From: Octopus vulgaris
Lineage: Eukaryota
DNA: 64,000 nt
Direction of reading: 5' to 3'
Assembly: GCA_951406725.2 (NCBI GenBank)
Contig: OX597820.1
Location: 101,928,001 to 101,992,000 of the forward strand
Shown: in pieces, positions 39,516 through 53,289 of the stretch
Layout of the letters: each line of letters opens with the position of its first letter
How positions within the stretch are numbered: position 1 is the stretch's first letter
Position numbers and translations under genes: made by a program
Notes under the pieces: model-generated
Database searches by the model: none
What the model was told of the DNA's origin: nothing
The model's input: only the letters and a program-made list of their open reading frames with translations

Positions 39516-40859
39516 TACATACATACAGATACACACTATATACACACACACACATATATATTATAAAACAAAAAGAACACCTGTAATAATTCATAGAAAA
39601 CAGTATTGCGTTTCACTAAGATCTGTTAAATGTATACACATTTTGTGCTTCCACCGAGGTTGTTAAAATAAAAACAACAAAACAAATAACCATGACAACG
39701 TCAACAACAATACTGTTTTCTTCGTAGTTCTAATTTATTATTAGAATCAAAGTCTTGTACAAGATCTCATCATTAGTTTTGTTCAGTATAGTATAAAATT
39801 ACTTATCATTACACCTTTTCAACTTAATAAGAAAGATTTCATTGAAAGTTATGTTTATTGCAGCTGTTAGTCTTTAATTATGCTATAGCTTAAAGGAAAA
39901 AAAAACACAAAACAACTTACAATATAGCAACAACATTGATAATGATAATAATGAATCCAAGTTTTGGCACAAGGCCAGTAATTTTGGGGAAGGGTACTAA
40001 TCAATTACATCGACCCCAGTACTTAACTGATACTTATTTTATCAACTCCAAAAGGATGGAAGGCAAAGTCGACCACAGTGACATTTTGAACTCTGAAACG
40101 CAAAGTAAGAAGAAATGCTGCTAAGCATTTTACCCTGTCAAGGTAACAATTCTGCCAGCTCACCACCCTTTATATTAATAATGATAATAAAAATAATAAT
40201 TCTTTGAATTACAGGCACAAAGCCTAAAATTTTTGGGGAGGGAGCCAATTGATTACAGCAACCACAATGCTCAACTGGTACCTATTCTATTGAATCCAAA
40301 ATGATAAAAGATAAAGTCAATCTCAATGGAATTTGAACTCAGAATATAAAACCCTAAGGAACTTTGTCCATGTGCTAACAATTATGCTAGCTTGCAAACG
40401 GTTGACAAAACATTTTGGGGATGATACAAGTTTATACAAAGGCACAGGAAAAAAATAATGGTTTCAAATTTTGGCTCAAGGCCAGCAATTTTAGGGGAAG
40501 GTGTAAGTTGGTGACATTGGCTTAGTAAATGACTGGTACCTTACTTTATTAAGAAAAGAGAAGGCATAGACATACTGAAGGAAAGGTCTCAGAAAATGAC
40601 AAAAACAAGAGTGAGTTAACTGAATTTTCTCCAGGATTTTCCTTGCACTTATTCTATCACCCCAGGAAAGCAGAAAGAAAAAGAAAATTGAAGTGAACTT
40701 TGGTAAGATTTGAACTCAAAATGCAGGGTGTTTTTGTCGAGCATGTTAATTACTATAACAACAACAACAATATATCAGTTGTAGAACAGTAAACATAGTT
40801 ATGAAATTTAAAATTTGGTGTTAGCAAAATATAATTTTGAAAATATTCAAAGCTCTTAC

Positions 40860-40891
40860 CGTTCTTTAGGTGGTTCAACCGTTAATGCCAT
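40860..40891 (-). CDS. TP53I11: TP53I11 (PIG11) homologue, first coding exon (MALTVEPPKE + CG)
   Basis: ATG at 40891, 10 codons + 2 nt, then donor GTAAGA. The phase-2 end (CG) joins the first G of exon 13535-13628 to give Arg, keeping frame. The N-terminus length resembles human MAAKQPPPLMKKHS. Confidence 0.8.
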
Positions 40892-40973
40892 ACAGTTATT
40901 CAAAACAAGACAGAAAATAAAAGAATAAGTTCCAGCAAGGTTATGTGCGAAAAAGTGAGAGAGATAATGAGAA

Positions 40974-41015
<42 letters not shown>

Positions 41016-41230
41016 GGAGGAAGAAGTTTTTTTGCCAATTAGCAGGTCTAAGTAAAAAGCGTTGTGTTTAAAGAGAAAAGTGAAGACAGAAATATGAGCA
41101 TAACACATAAGAGAAAATATGGACGTGTTCAATTCTTAGAAGTTACAGGAGGTAGCCAATGAGTATGAATGAAACACTTGCTTTGTCATGCCACTATTAA
41201 TATTGGTTGTGACAGACAGGAAGTCCCATC
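40892..41230 (-). promoter_or_regulatory. 5'UTR and possible proximal promoter of TP53I11; alternatively a 5'UTR exon part with acceptor at 41048-41049
   Basis: SINE-free unique sequence with CCAAT/ATTGG boxes at 41035, 41156 and 41202, and an ETS-like CAGGAAGT at 41217. A minus-strand gctttttacttAG acceptor at 41048-41049 makes an internal-exon model equally possible. Confidence 0.35.
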
Positions 41231-42195
41231 ATTACGAAGGTACTACAACTTCTGAAACGTTTGACTTTAGAAGTTATTGACTCCAGTTAAGTGGCTAAGT
41301 ACTAATGAACAGAGAGTTACGAATGCTGGTCAAGACAGCTACAAGTTTCGCCACTTGGACGCTTGAAACCTTTTCACACATGTCTGATGTAATATATGCA
41401 TTTTAACTTGATTAGTAAGCTTATTCTTGCGATACTATCTAACAGATGTTGACAGCTTGTCTGAGATTAAACAGCTATTAATGATTTTCTAGCACTTCCA
41501 GTTGATTTTTGACCTATTCTTTCTTGAATCAAATATTTGCTTTATTTTGTTATTATATTTGATTTGTTAATCAACAATACTAATTGGAAACACCTGAGCT
41601 CATTCAGATCATAACTTAGAGACAATATTTAAAAACCTGTTGTTACTCTAATTGCAAGTCTGGAACGAGAGCTTTTAATTAGGCAGAAAGAGGAGTGTGT
41701 GTGTGTGTGTGTGTGTGATTTATGTATCATTTAATATACACATGACTATAAGTTTCATACTCTGATGACGTAAGTTGAATAAACTTGCATAGCATTCAAT
41801 GAAAGAAGCAGACTCAAGAAGACATGGGATGAGGTGATGAGGCATGATCTTCAGAAGCTGAGTTACAGGAAGGTGATGACAATTGAGACCTTTGCCAATT
41901 TGTTGTGCTTGAGAAGCCATGTCAAGCCAAGTGAAATCATAGTCATGATCAGTGCTGGTGACACGTAGAAGGCACCATGCTTGTGACACACAAAAGACAC
42001 TAACTACACACTTGGAGTGGTTGGCATTAGGAAGAGCATCCAGCCATAGAAACCAAGCCAAATTGCACAGGAGCCTGGTACAGCACTCCGGCTTATCAGT
42101 CCCAGTCAAAATGTCTAGCCCACACCGGCATAGAAAACAAACACACATATATACATACATACATGTATATATAAATATATATATATATATATATA

Positions 42196-42759
42196 CACTT
42201 GCGTCGGAAATTAATTAGCACTTCTCAAATTTCTACATTTTCTTACATTTTCTTAATTTAATTAACTTATTATCAGAAACGAACTCATTTTTAATCAAAA
42301 ATTTATTAAAACATATCCCAGCACACCACATAATTGTTATTAATCGTGAAATTTAGTCAATATTTTGTTGCACCTCCTTTGGCAGCAATGACAGCTGCTA
42401 CGCGGGTCGGCATGTTGTCTATGAGTGCCTGCAGGTACTGTGCAGGGATGGCCCCTCATGCAGCAAGAAGTGCCCCAAACAGCTCGTGTCGGTTCCTGTA
42501 TTGCTGCACATTCAAATCCCTACCCAATCGACTCCAGAGGTTCTCAATAGGGTTCAGGTCAGGTGACTGGCCAGCACGTACTCCTCGCCACCAAAGAGGT
42601 ATCCCGTACTATCTCAACGTACTTTGCTGTGTTGATGTTGCCTTCGACGGCATAGAGCCGCCCAACACCACTGTAGCTGAATGCCCCTCACACCATCAGA
42701 CCACTTCCACCATGCTTCATGGTGAGCAAATCAAGGGTGCTAATTAATTTCTGACGGTA

Positions 42760-42762
<3 letters not shown>
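42196..42762 (-). mobile_element. internally deleted Tc1-like transposon with transposase remnants
   Basis: TIRs CACT..CGTC(G/A)GAAATTAATTAGCAC in (TA)n. Minus-strand KHGGSGLMV*GAFSYSGVG and QSPDLNPIENLW..LIDNMPTRVAAVIAAKGGATKY*. Confidence 0.92.
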
Positions 42763-42797
<35 letters not shown>

Positions 42798-42799
<2 letters not shown>

Positions 42800-43040
42800 T
42801 CATCATCATCATCATCATCATCATCGTTTAACGTCCGTTTTCCGCGCTAGCACAGGTTGGACGGTTTCGACCGGGGTCTGGAGAGCTCGGGACTGCCCCA
42901 GGCTCCAGTCTAGTCTGGCAGTGTTTCTACAGCTGGATGCCCTTCCTAACGCCAACCACTCCGCGAGTGTAGTGGGTGTTTTTTACGTGCCACCTGCACA
43001 GGTGCCAGAGGGGTCTGGCATCGGCCACGTTCGGATGGTG
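42798..43040 (-). mobile_element. family C repeat (further copies ~43790-43960 and ~60985-61240)
   Basis: (CAT)n followed by the family C consensus. Confidence 0.85.
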
Positions 43041-43060
43041 ATATATATATATATATTATA

Positions 43061-43772
43061 AGCACAAATAAAAGTTACAAACCTCATTCAGGGACAGCAA
43101 AATCCTATGAAAGTATTGGTTAGTTATGTAGTGACGCTACTGTGGAAGTTTCAGCGTGCATGCACAAAATTGGATTACCTACGGTAGGCCACCAGAAGTT
43201 CCCTCATGCGCATGTGCAGGAACTGTAACCTGAAAGCGTAACCACTAAATCGGTCTTTTTGGAAGAGCAGCCCTAACGAGCGGACGTGGCTAAAACTTCT
43301 CTCAGGGAAAACCCTACGCACAGAGAAGCTCTCTCTTCGAAGCGGGAACGGAGACCGTATCTTCTTGGCTCACCCGTGTGAACATTTGTAAACAGTCCTG
43401 TGGACTTGGCTGCTGGTTCACCCATAAGAAATATATATGTATATATTTTTACCAGTGAACCCAAAGAATAAGCTACTATTTATTGTTATTGAAGACAGCC
43501 AGATCTTGGTTCCTTTTCTTCGACTTGTATGTGACAAGATAAGACCAGACACCTCTCCAGTGTTCCTGAAACTCTCATCTTGTTACAGTTTCATACATAT
43601 ACAAAGAATATTGAACATTACAGTGAATACTCAACTATATATAAAAACATATATAGTTACCTTGCAGTTGAGTATTAACTGTAATGTTAAAAATTTTTTG
43701 TATATGTAACTAACCAGCACTTTCAAAGGATTTTGCTATCCCTGAATGAGGGTTGTAATCTTTATTTGTGCT
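43061..43772. mobile_element. fold-back element flanked by (TA)n; left arm interrupted by a solo LTR
   Basis: 43061-43126 plus 43594-43636 together are the reverse complement of 43666-43772. Confidence 0.75.
43127..43587. mobile_element. solo LTR (~461 bp) of an LTR retrotransposon
   Basis: TGTAGTG...TGTTACA termini, imperfect 4-bp TSD GTTA/GTTT, higher GC. The opposite fold-back arm shows the empty site. Confidence 0.65.
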
Positions 43773-44689
43773 CTATATATATATATATATCATCATCATC
43801 ATCGTCTAACGTCCGTTTTCCGTGCTAGCACGGGTTGGACGGTTCGACCGGGGTCTGGGAAGCCAGGGGCTGCTCCAGGCTCCAGTCTGATCTGGCAGAG
43901 TTTCTACGGCTGGATGCCCTTCCTAACGCCAACCACTCCGCGAGTGTAGTGGGTGCTTTTTATACATATACACACATATCAGGCTACTTACTGCTTCCAA
44001 CCACCAAATCCACTCACAAAGGCTTTGGTTAGCTTGGGACTACAATAGAAGACACACTTGACCATGATACCAGAGAGGGATTGAACAAGAAACCATGTGG
44101 TTATGAAGTAAACTTCTTACTACACAGCCACAATGATGCCACAACAAAAAACCATGGCTCTCCTTTCATTTTCTGCTGCTGTGGTAGCTCTAACACATCA
44201 CCATTTGGCCCTTATGAGGCTTTAGCAGAGTTTGCTTCATGTTAAGCATTTGAACTAGGTTTCCTCTTCCTTCCTTATCCAAATTTTTCCTGCATCAGTC
44301 TTACCAATCTGGTGAGACCTCCTCCAAATGACATGGGCATTGTATTTTGTCTCAATTTATCAAAAAATGAAATTACCATTGTCAATAAAAAAAAAATCTG
44401 AAAAACTACAGATCATTAATTTTTTTTTTTTTTTGGATATGTTATAATTTAGGCAAAATCCTAAAGATTTACCAAAACCTGAAATCACCATCATCATTAG
44501 TACATACAACCAAAATGTGATGGGAAAACCTGGAAATATATTTTGATATAGTTTAGATAGAATGCTAAAGATTTGAATTTACATCTTGATTCATGTTGAC
44601 AAGCATTATTATACTTCCATGTCTTTGTATATTATGTCCCTTACAAAAGTTTCCCTCCATTTTTAGCATTAAATATGTATCTTTCATGA

Positions 44690-45025
44690 TTTACTTGTTT
44701 CAGTCATTAGACTGTGGCCATGCTGGAACATCACCTACAGGAAATTCAATCGAATGAATTCACCCCAGTACTTATTCTATCAGTCTCTTTGGCCAAACTG
44801 TTAAGTTACAGGGATGTAAACACATGAACACTGGTTCTCAAGTGGAGATGGGGGGACAAACACAGACACACAGAGATATATATGAGGAGATTTTTTCAGT
44901 TTCTGTCTACCAAATCTACTCACAAGGCTTTGGTTGACTCAAGGGTATAGCAGAAGACACTTGCCCAAAATGCCGTGCAGTGGGACTGAACCCGAAAGCA
45001 AACTTCTTATCATACAGCCACTCCT
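44690..45025 (-). mobile_element. SINE family A
   Basis: Colinear with consensus, with small deletions. Confidence 0.8.
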
Positions 45026-47976
45026 AGAATATCATTTCATATTAAAATTCTTCTGGCTTAAATTCCTTATTAGCTCCATATATTTTTCTACCTATAACTA
45101 GTCTCAAATAAATCAAATGCCAAATACGCCATAGTATCTGAACTTTCAGAATAACAGAGAAGTTAACAAAATGACAAGCAAAATTTTTTTCCTTTTTTTC
45201 TTTTTTCGAAGCAAAGAAAAATAATTTATATTTCTACCACAGGTCAGCAAATAGACATAGCAATAGTATTTATTAACTCTGCAGCGTGAGTAAGATTCCA
45301 GACTCTTACTTCATAAGTCATGAAATATTATCTCATAGTCATTACAAACATGTTTATGGAATTGGATGAAATATTGGAACTGAACAAGCATCTGATATTG
45401 AAGTGTATTTGTAGTGGCCTGCATTGAATAATTCCAATTTGTCAAGCTCTAGGTAACTTAGCAACTGAATTTGCTATTTTAATATTTCTTTATTAGCAAC
45501 TTGTACTTTTAGATTTTTTTGGTTGGAATGTCCATAAACCAAACAAGGAGGTAAACATATTGCCAAAATGTTGTAAACATTTTATTGATTTTGAAAAAGA
45601 GATTGAACTCTCTGTTTAAGGGTAGGTGTGAGACAAAAAATATTTTTGTGTGTTTCTCCATGTTAGATAAATATACTATTGAGGCATTTCTTTTACAGTC
45701 AAGTACCCCTTGTATCCCTAACCCTTACCAGTTTTTCAAATAAAGGATTTCATATTGCTGTTTCACATCTTTGAATGTGAAACAGCAATATGATTTACTT
45801 GTTTCAGTCATTAGACTAAAACAAGTAAATGATAAAAGGTACATATTTAATGCTGCTAAAAATAGATGGTTTTTTGACAGAAGAAATTACAACATTCACT
45901 TCTGCTGGTAGCTTTCAATAGTTGGAAAGGTGCAAATGTAAACAAACAAACATGCCTATACACACACACACACACAATTTGCTTTTTCACTTCCTGACTA
46001 CCAGATCAATTCAGAAGAATTGGTCAAGTCAGACACTTGTTCAAGGTACCACTGAGTGTGACTGAACCTCGAACCATGAGATTAAGAAGAGAACATCTTA
46101 CTACAAAGTTATGCCTGTGTTTCAAATGGGGGACAAAAAACAAAACTCTGCCTAATTAAGAAACTAATTAATATATTCAAGACTACTTTATTCATTAGTC
46201 CAAGATGCATAAATTAGTTCCATTTGAGCTCACCTTAGGCCATAAAAAACAACTAATTAATAGTGACATATAGTAAGAGATTGTTTTGATTGTTTTGATT
46301 CCAGCATAAGAACTATTCTAAATGTCTAGAAATTATTCCTTCCAGAATCGGATACCAACAATCTATTTTCTTCTGTGATATCATTAGTGAGAAAGAAAAG
46401 CTAATTACAAAGAAAAAGACATTGATTAACATTGCAAATAAATTAGATGATAAAATACATAAAATTTTAATTTGTTGGCATGAATTAAAACTAAAATATT
46501 GTCAGGTTTTTCTGAGATTAAAAAAATTTGAATCAGAATGAACAGAACAGAAAGTGTTATGGAATTTGTATAAGAGGAACAGCAGACCACTTTGTGAATG
46601 AAACAAAATGTGAGATGAGGGGGCTTCTACAGAATTATCTGACCTGCCAGAAATAACAATTGAATCAAACTAGTGTCTCAAGATAAAAAAAAAAAGCATG
46701 TGTGTGTTATTGGGTAGGATACATCAAGTAATGTAGTCCTAGATACTTTTAAAATGGTAGGATGTTCACAACTGGGAAGTATTTGAACTCAGGTCTGATC
46801 GAGGGGCTGTACAATAAAAAAATATCCAACTTCAGAACCGTTCACATTAATCTTATCTTTAACTTTTTGGTTGTTTCAGTCATTGGATGGCAGCCATGCT
46901 GGGGCCATCACTTTATAGGGTTTTAGCCTAACAAATTGATCCCAGTACGTATTTCAAGTTTGGTGCTTATTCTAACAGTTTCTTTTGCAGAGCTAACGTT
47001 GGTTGTCAAGCAGAGGGACAATGATGGACACAAAGACAATCACTCACACATAAATACACTCAACAGGCTTCAACACAGTTTCCATCTACCAAATTCACTC
47101 ACATGGCACCAGTCAGCTTGGGGCTTATAATAAGAGGTAATTGCCCAAGGTGCCACCCAGTGGGACTGAACCTGAAACCATGTGGTTACAAAGTAAGCTT
47201 CTTAACAATACCTACATCTAGAGAGAAATCAAAGAACTTAAGATTCTTTGATATTTAGAAGAAACAAAAAGAAAGCTGTCAAATATAACAGCCGAGCAGG
47301 CTTAAAATTGCTGAACTGTATTATGAAGAAGCAGGATTTTTCATTCCAAGACAGCTTCAAGATAATTTTACTTCACATGATTCTAAGGATCTTCATGATT
47401 GCAATCAGCCTCTCTGTAAAGTGAAGGTAAACAGATCAAATTATATAGATGTATCTGACATGTCTCGTCTAAAATGGACAGTTTTCAAAATCTCCAAACA
47501 AAAGCACCAAATTCTTAGAAGTAATAAGATGAGAATATAAATTAACTTCAATATTTTATCATATGAACCATCCTCATCATTATCATTATTTAATAGTTTT
47601 TTGCCATGCTGGCATGTTCTTGACGATTTGAAAGGATCCGGTAAACCACAGAACCCCACTGTCAGTTTTAGTATGGTATCTACAGCTTGATGCCTGTCCT
47701 AACACCAATCACTTTACAGAGTGTACTGGGTGTCTTTTTTACATGCCACCAGCTCTAGTGGGATTGCCAAGTAACTTTGCAAGGCAGAAAAAAACAAGAA
47801 AAGGGGGTAGGGGCCTTAAAAACTATGTGTGTGTGTGTGAAGAGGGTGGGTTTGATAGAGTGGAGAGATAATTTTATACCAGGGACAAGCAGTAAATAAA
47901 ATGGCATGAGCCATCAATTCTTTATTTTTATTTTTGGTGGAGGGGTAGGATTAAAATTGTTTGAATGTATTTAAAA

Positions 47977-48520
47977 GTGTGGCTGTGTAGTAAGAAGCTT
48001 GCTTCCCAACCACATGTTTCTGGGTTCAGTCCCAATGTGTGACACCATGGACAAGTGTCTTCTACTATAGCCTCAAGCCAACCAAAGCTGTGTGAATGGA
48101 TTTAGTAGACGAAAACTGAAAGAAGTCTGTCATGTATGTATGTGTGTGTGCCTTTGTGTCTGTGTTTGTCTCCCCATAACCGCTTGACAACTGGTATTGA
48201 TGTGCTTACATCCCCATAACTTAGTAGTTTTCCGAAAAGAGACCAATAGAAGTACTAGGCTTTACAAAAAATATTACACTTATGGAGTGGTTGGCGTTAG
48301 GAAGGGCATCCAGCTGTTGAAACACAGCCAGATCAGACTGGAGCCTGGTGCAACCTCCTGGCTTCCCAGATCCCGGTCGAACCATCCAACCAATGCTAGC
48401 ATGAAAAACGGATGTTAAACGACGATGATGTCCTAGGGCCGATTTGTTCGACTAAAACCCTTCAAGGTGGTACTCCAGCATAGCTGCAGTCAAATGACTG
48501 AAACAAGTAATAGAATAAAA
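47977..48520 (+). mobile_element. SINE family A with nested RTE 3'-end insertion (~48283-48430)
   Basis: Family A body split by a ggaagggcatccagc...gatgatg segment. Confidence 0.75.
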
Positions 48521-51500
48521 ATATATATACTTTTGGTGTGAGCAGGTTAGTTAATAACATTGACACTAGAACAGAACTGATACTTTATTTTATTTGATCC
48601 CAGAGGGATGAAAAGCAAAGCTGAACTTTGCAGGATTTGAACTCAGAACATAAAAATAAAGCACAAGTCTAGGGCTGGGTTCAACGGTATCATCGAAACT
48701 GCTGACATTGTGCCTAAATTTGAAAGATGAAGTATATGTTAAAAGTATATCTTTAGCTAACGATGATCACCTCTGAATAAAAATAATAATACATTTTGTA
48801 TGATGAATGCCATAAAAAAGAGGTATGCTCAAAGCAAACAGAATCTGCAATTCACATATATTTTCTGTCGTAACAATTTCACTTAAAAATACATCTGCAT
48901 GAAGAAACCATAATCTCAGTTCTCTCAGCTATAAACTTGTAGTCTTGCATTTATGTAAACATACATCATGGTAATTATTCCCTGATGTTCTTAAGAAAGT
49001 TTCTGAATGACAAACAATTGCATTTCCCATTTCTTATAAATCCTGTTGTCCATACAAAGAAAGAAAAAAAGCTGCCCTCATCATCATCATTACTCCTAGT
49101 TCACATCTTTGAGAAAGCATCAATTCTTGTCTCCTCCATACTGAGATAATGTGCCGATCAAAGTCAATAGGCATGAGACCCAATATTTACCATAACAATT
49201 ATTATGAATACAAGAATACAAGTAATTTTGGAAGTATACTTCTGCCATCATGGGTAATACCATAAACTATGGCATACATGCATACAATAATAATAATTAT
49301 TATTTTATCAAACTTCTTGGTGATTATGCAAAATGATGGAATCGATTTTAATTTTCAAAAGGAAAAATATTTATTACCTTAAAATATAATTAAACAAAAT
49401 TTTTTTATTGAATAATTCCTTCTGTAACTACTACCATTTATTCCCTTTCTTTCCCCTCCTCTCACTCTTAGCATTTCTTTACTTGCTGCCTGCCAACCAT
49501 CCCATTCTTCTAATGTTAACTATTATTGTATCTCTCTTTTATTCTTTCTGTGTGTATAATATATATATATATATGTGTGTGTGTGTATACACACACACAC
49601 AAACACGCGATATGAAGCATGACTAGAGAAATTAACCAACCCACATTTATATCAGCTATTAATTATTATATGAAGATGTGTAGCATACTGGGTAAAATGC
49701 TTAGAAGCATTTTCTCCACATCTACTCCTTGAGTCTAAATTCCACTGAGGTTGAATTTGCTAATCATCCTTTTGGGACCAATGAAATAAATACCTGTTAA
49801 GGCACTGGGGTCAATATAATCAACTAGCCCCCTCCCCAAAATCTCAAGGGAAGAAGAAAGAAGAGTGCATCAAGAGAGCTCAAGCGAAGGTGGTATAAAA
49901 CCAACCAATTCTGAAAAGCAGAGGTCACTGTAGTCACAGTCTAAAAGGCAAAAAGAGATGGTATGACTGCAGGACAGAGTTTGGAGTACCTAATTTTCTG
50001 GTATGTAAGTGTACACATGTAGTGTAAGCATTCAAACATTATCACTATCTTTCCAAATTCTGCAGCATTTCACATGGAATTTTGCTCCTCTAAAGTTGTC
50101 TTAAAGTACAAGTCAACCTACCTTGGCTGTCAAGTTTGGTTTGAAAAATTTGACTTGTATACTGGAAAATACAGTATGTTTGTGAGTAAATTTCATGCCA
50201 GCCAGCTAACTGAATAGCCATTCTTTGGATGCACTCTCAGATATCTCTGTGTTTATCATATGCTCAATTGTGGATCACATGTGAGCTTTACAAGCTGTAA
50301 ATCAATCACAAGAACTTCAGATGTTTACAAAGTAGAAAAAGTTTGTGTGATGTGAAAAGAATGCAATTCTAACACTCTCAGAGAAGAAATTTTGAAGAAG
50401 ACTTGGATTCTAGTGTTGTTCCTTATTTCTGATTTGAAAACTACACTCTGCCCATTTTGCTACACTGTATTTTTTTGCCTATCATAATGTTTTTTATTCT
50501 ATTTTATTTTTGATAATTTAATGCCAATAAGGAAGCAAGCTGGCAAAATCGTTAGTGTCAAACCAAATGCATAGCACTATTTCTTCCAGCTTTATATTCT
50601 CAGTTTAAACCCTGTCAAAGTCAACACTGCCTTTCATATTTTTCAGCTCAAGGAGTGGCTGTGTGGTAAGTGGCTTGTTTACCAACCACATGGTTCCGGG
50701 TTCAGTCCCACTGCGTTGCACCTTGGGCAAGTGTCTTCTACTATAGCCCCGGGCCGACCAAAGCCTTGTGAGTGGATTTGGTAGACGGAAACTGAAAGAA
50801 GCCAGTCGTATATGTGTATATATATGCGTGTGTGTGTTTGTCCCCCTAGCATTGCTTGACAACCGATGCTGGTGTGTTTATGTCCCCGTTATTTAGCGGT
50901 TCGGCAAAAGAGACCGATAGAATAAGTACTGGGCTTACAAAAGAATAAGTCCCGGGGTTGAGTTGCTCGATTAAAGGCGGTGCTCCAGCATGGCCGCAGT
51001 CAAATGACTGAAACAAGTAAAAGAGTAAGTACTAGTCAAGTAGTGGGGGCAGGGAGAAGGGCGTTGATGTAATTAATCGTTTCACTCCCTCTAAAACTGC
51101 CAGCCTTATGCTAAAATTGAAACATAATTTAATATCAATATCTCATCTCAAATTAACCCATTTTTCTCATTTTATCTATTTTGTTATCACTCTTTTAGCT
51201 AGATTAATCAATATGAATGTTGAGCATTTCTTTAGAAGATCATCTTAAAATCTATTAGAAGTAAAAAACAATATTTTTATGTTAAAATCTATTTTTTGAA
51301 TGACTTAGAGATATTACAATTAATATTCTTGAATAATTACTTACTGTAGCATGTCAACATTTTTAAAATTAAAGTAAATGTCCCTCTCTCAAAAATTCCA
51401 CTAAATTTTATGTGTACATAAAACATAGTGGATAATAAATATTTTCAAAACTAATAAATTTTCATTTAAAAAATAAGCTTGAAAAAAAACCCATAAAAAA

Positions 51501-51861
51501 CAAGGCAATTACATCTTTTGCCATTGGTGCCACATAAAAATGCCCATACCAGTGCCATATAAAGACACCCAATACACTCTGTAAAGTGGTTGGCATTAGG
51601 AAGGGCATCCAGCTGTAGAAACCATGCTACAACAGACAAATGGAGTCTGAACTATCTTTAAGCTGGTCAACTCTTGTGAAACTGTCCAACCCATGCCAGC
51701 ATGGAGAAGAGATGTTAAAAGATGATGTTGATGATGATGATGATACATTGCTCTAAATGATTAGTTTGAAAGTCCTTTGCAAAGGTGATGTCAGTTATAC
51801 AATGCAGTATCTTAAACATTGGATAAAGAATAGAACAACGAGAAAAAAATAAACGAAAGGG

Positions 51862-51958
51862 ACTTATGGTCATATCACTTTGAAAGCACCAAAGTTAAGC
51901 AACGTCAAGCCTAGTTAGTACTTGGGTGACCGCTTGGGAAACCTAGGTGCTGTAAGCG
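51862..51958 (+). pseudogene. 5S rRNA pseudogene with internal deletions
   Basis: acttatggtcatatcactttgaaagCACCaaagttaagcaacgtcaagcctagttagtacttgggtgaccgcttgggaaacctaggtgctgtaagc aligns to metazoan 5S, lacking the segment between two CACC motifs and a TGGA. Confidence 0.85.
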
Positions 51959-53192
51959 TCACACGCATTTTATGGGCGTGGGAGTGGCTGTGTGGTAAGT
52001 AGCTTGCTTACCAACCACTTGGTTCCAGGTTCAGTCCCACTGCGTGGCACCTTGGGCAAGTGTCTTCTACTATAGCCTCTGGCTGACCAAAGCCTTGTGA
52101 GTGGATTTGGTAGACGGAAACTGAAAGAAGCCAGTCGTATATGTGTATATATATATGCGTGTGTGTGTTTGTCCCCCTAGCATTGCTTGACAACCGATGC
52201 TGGTGTGTTTATGTCCCCGTTATTTAGCGGTTCGGCAAAAGAGACCGATAGAATAAGTACTGGGCTTACAAAAGAATAAGTCCCGGGGTTGAGTTGCTCG
52301 ATTAAAGGCGGTGCTCCAGCATGGCCGCAGTCAAATGACTGAAACAAGTAAAAGAGTAAGTACTAGTCAAGTAGTGGGGGCAGGGAGAAGGGCGTTGATG
52401 TAATTAATCGTTTCACTCCCTCTAAAACTGCCAGCCTTATGCTAAAATTGAAACATAATTTAATATCAATATCTCATCTCAAATTAACCCATTTTTCTCA
52501 TTTTATCTATTTTGTTATCACTCTTTTAGCTAGATTAATCAATATGAATGTTGAGCATTTCTTTAGAAGATCATCTTAAAATCTATTAGAAGTAAAAAAC
52601 AATATTTTTATGTTAAAATCTATTTTTTGAATGACTTAGAGATATTACAATTAATATTCTTGAATAATTACTTACTGTAGCATGTCAACATTTTTAAAAT
52701 TAAAGTAAATGTCCCTCTCTCAAAAATTCCACTAAATTTTATGTGTACATAAAACATAGTGGATAATAAATATTTTCAAAACTAATAAATTTTCATTTAA
52801 AAAATAAGCTTGAAAAAAAACCCATAAAAAACAAGGCAATTACATCTTTTGCCATTGGTGCCACATAAAAATGCCCATACCAGTGCCATATAAAGACACC
52901 CAATACACTCTGTAAAGTGGTTGGCATTAGGAAGGGCATCCAGCTGTAGAAACCATGCTACAACAGACAAATGGAGTCTGAACTATCTTTAAGCTGGTCA
53001 ACTCTTGTGAAACTGTCCAACCCATGCCAGCATGGAGAAGAGATGTTAAAAGATGATGTTGATGATGATGATGATACATTGCTCTAAATGATTAGTTTGA
53101 AAGTCCTTTGCAAAGGTGATGTCAGTTATACAATGCAGTATCTTAAACATTGGATAAAGAATAGAACAACGAGAAAAAAATAAACGAAAGGG

Positions 53193-53289
53193 ACTTATGG
53201 TCATATCACTTTGAAAGCACCAAAGTTAAGCAACGTCAAGCCTAGTTAGTACTTGGGTGACCGCTTGGGAAACCTAGGTGCTGTAAGCG
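53193..53289 (+). pseudogene. 5S rRNA pseudogene, duplicate copy
   Basis: Identical to 51862-51958; lies within the tandem duplication. Confidence 0.85.

Noticed and set aside
41298-41345. Degenerate hammerhead near the TP53I11 5' region (ctaatga..aagacagct)
   Set aside because: Both core halves are mutated and no consistent stems form.
42334-42747. 137-aa plus-strand ORF
   Set aside because: It is the antisense of the broken Tc1 transposase.
43262-43340. Hammerhead-like CTAACGAG..AAAAC plus stem inside the solo LTR (retrozyme-like)
   Set aside because: Needs two core changes, stem II is only 2 bp, and the cleavage-site geometry is wrong.
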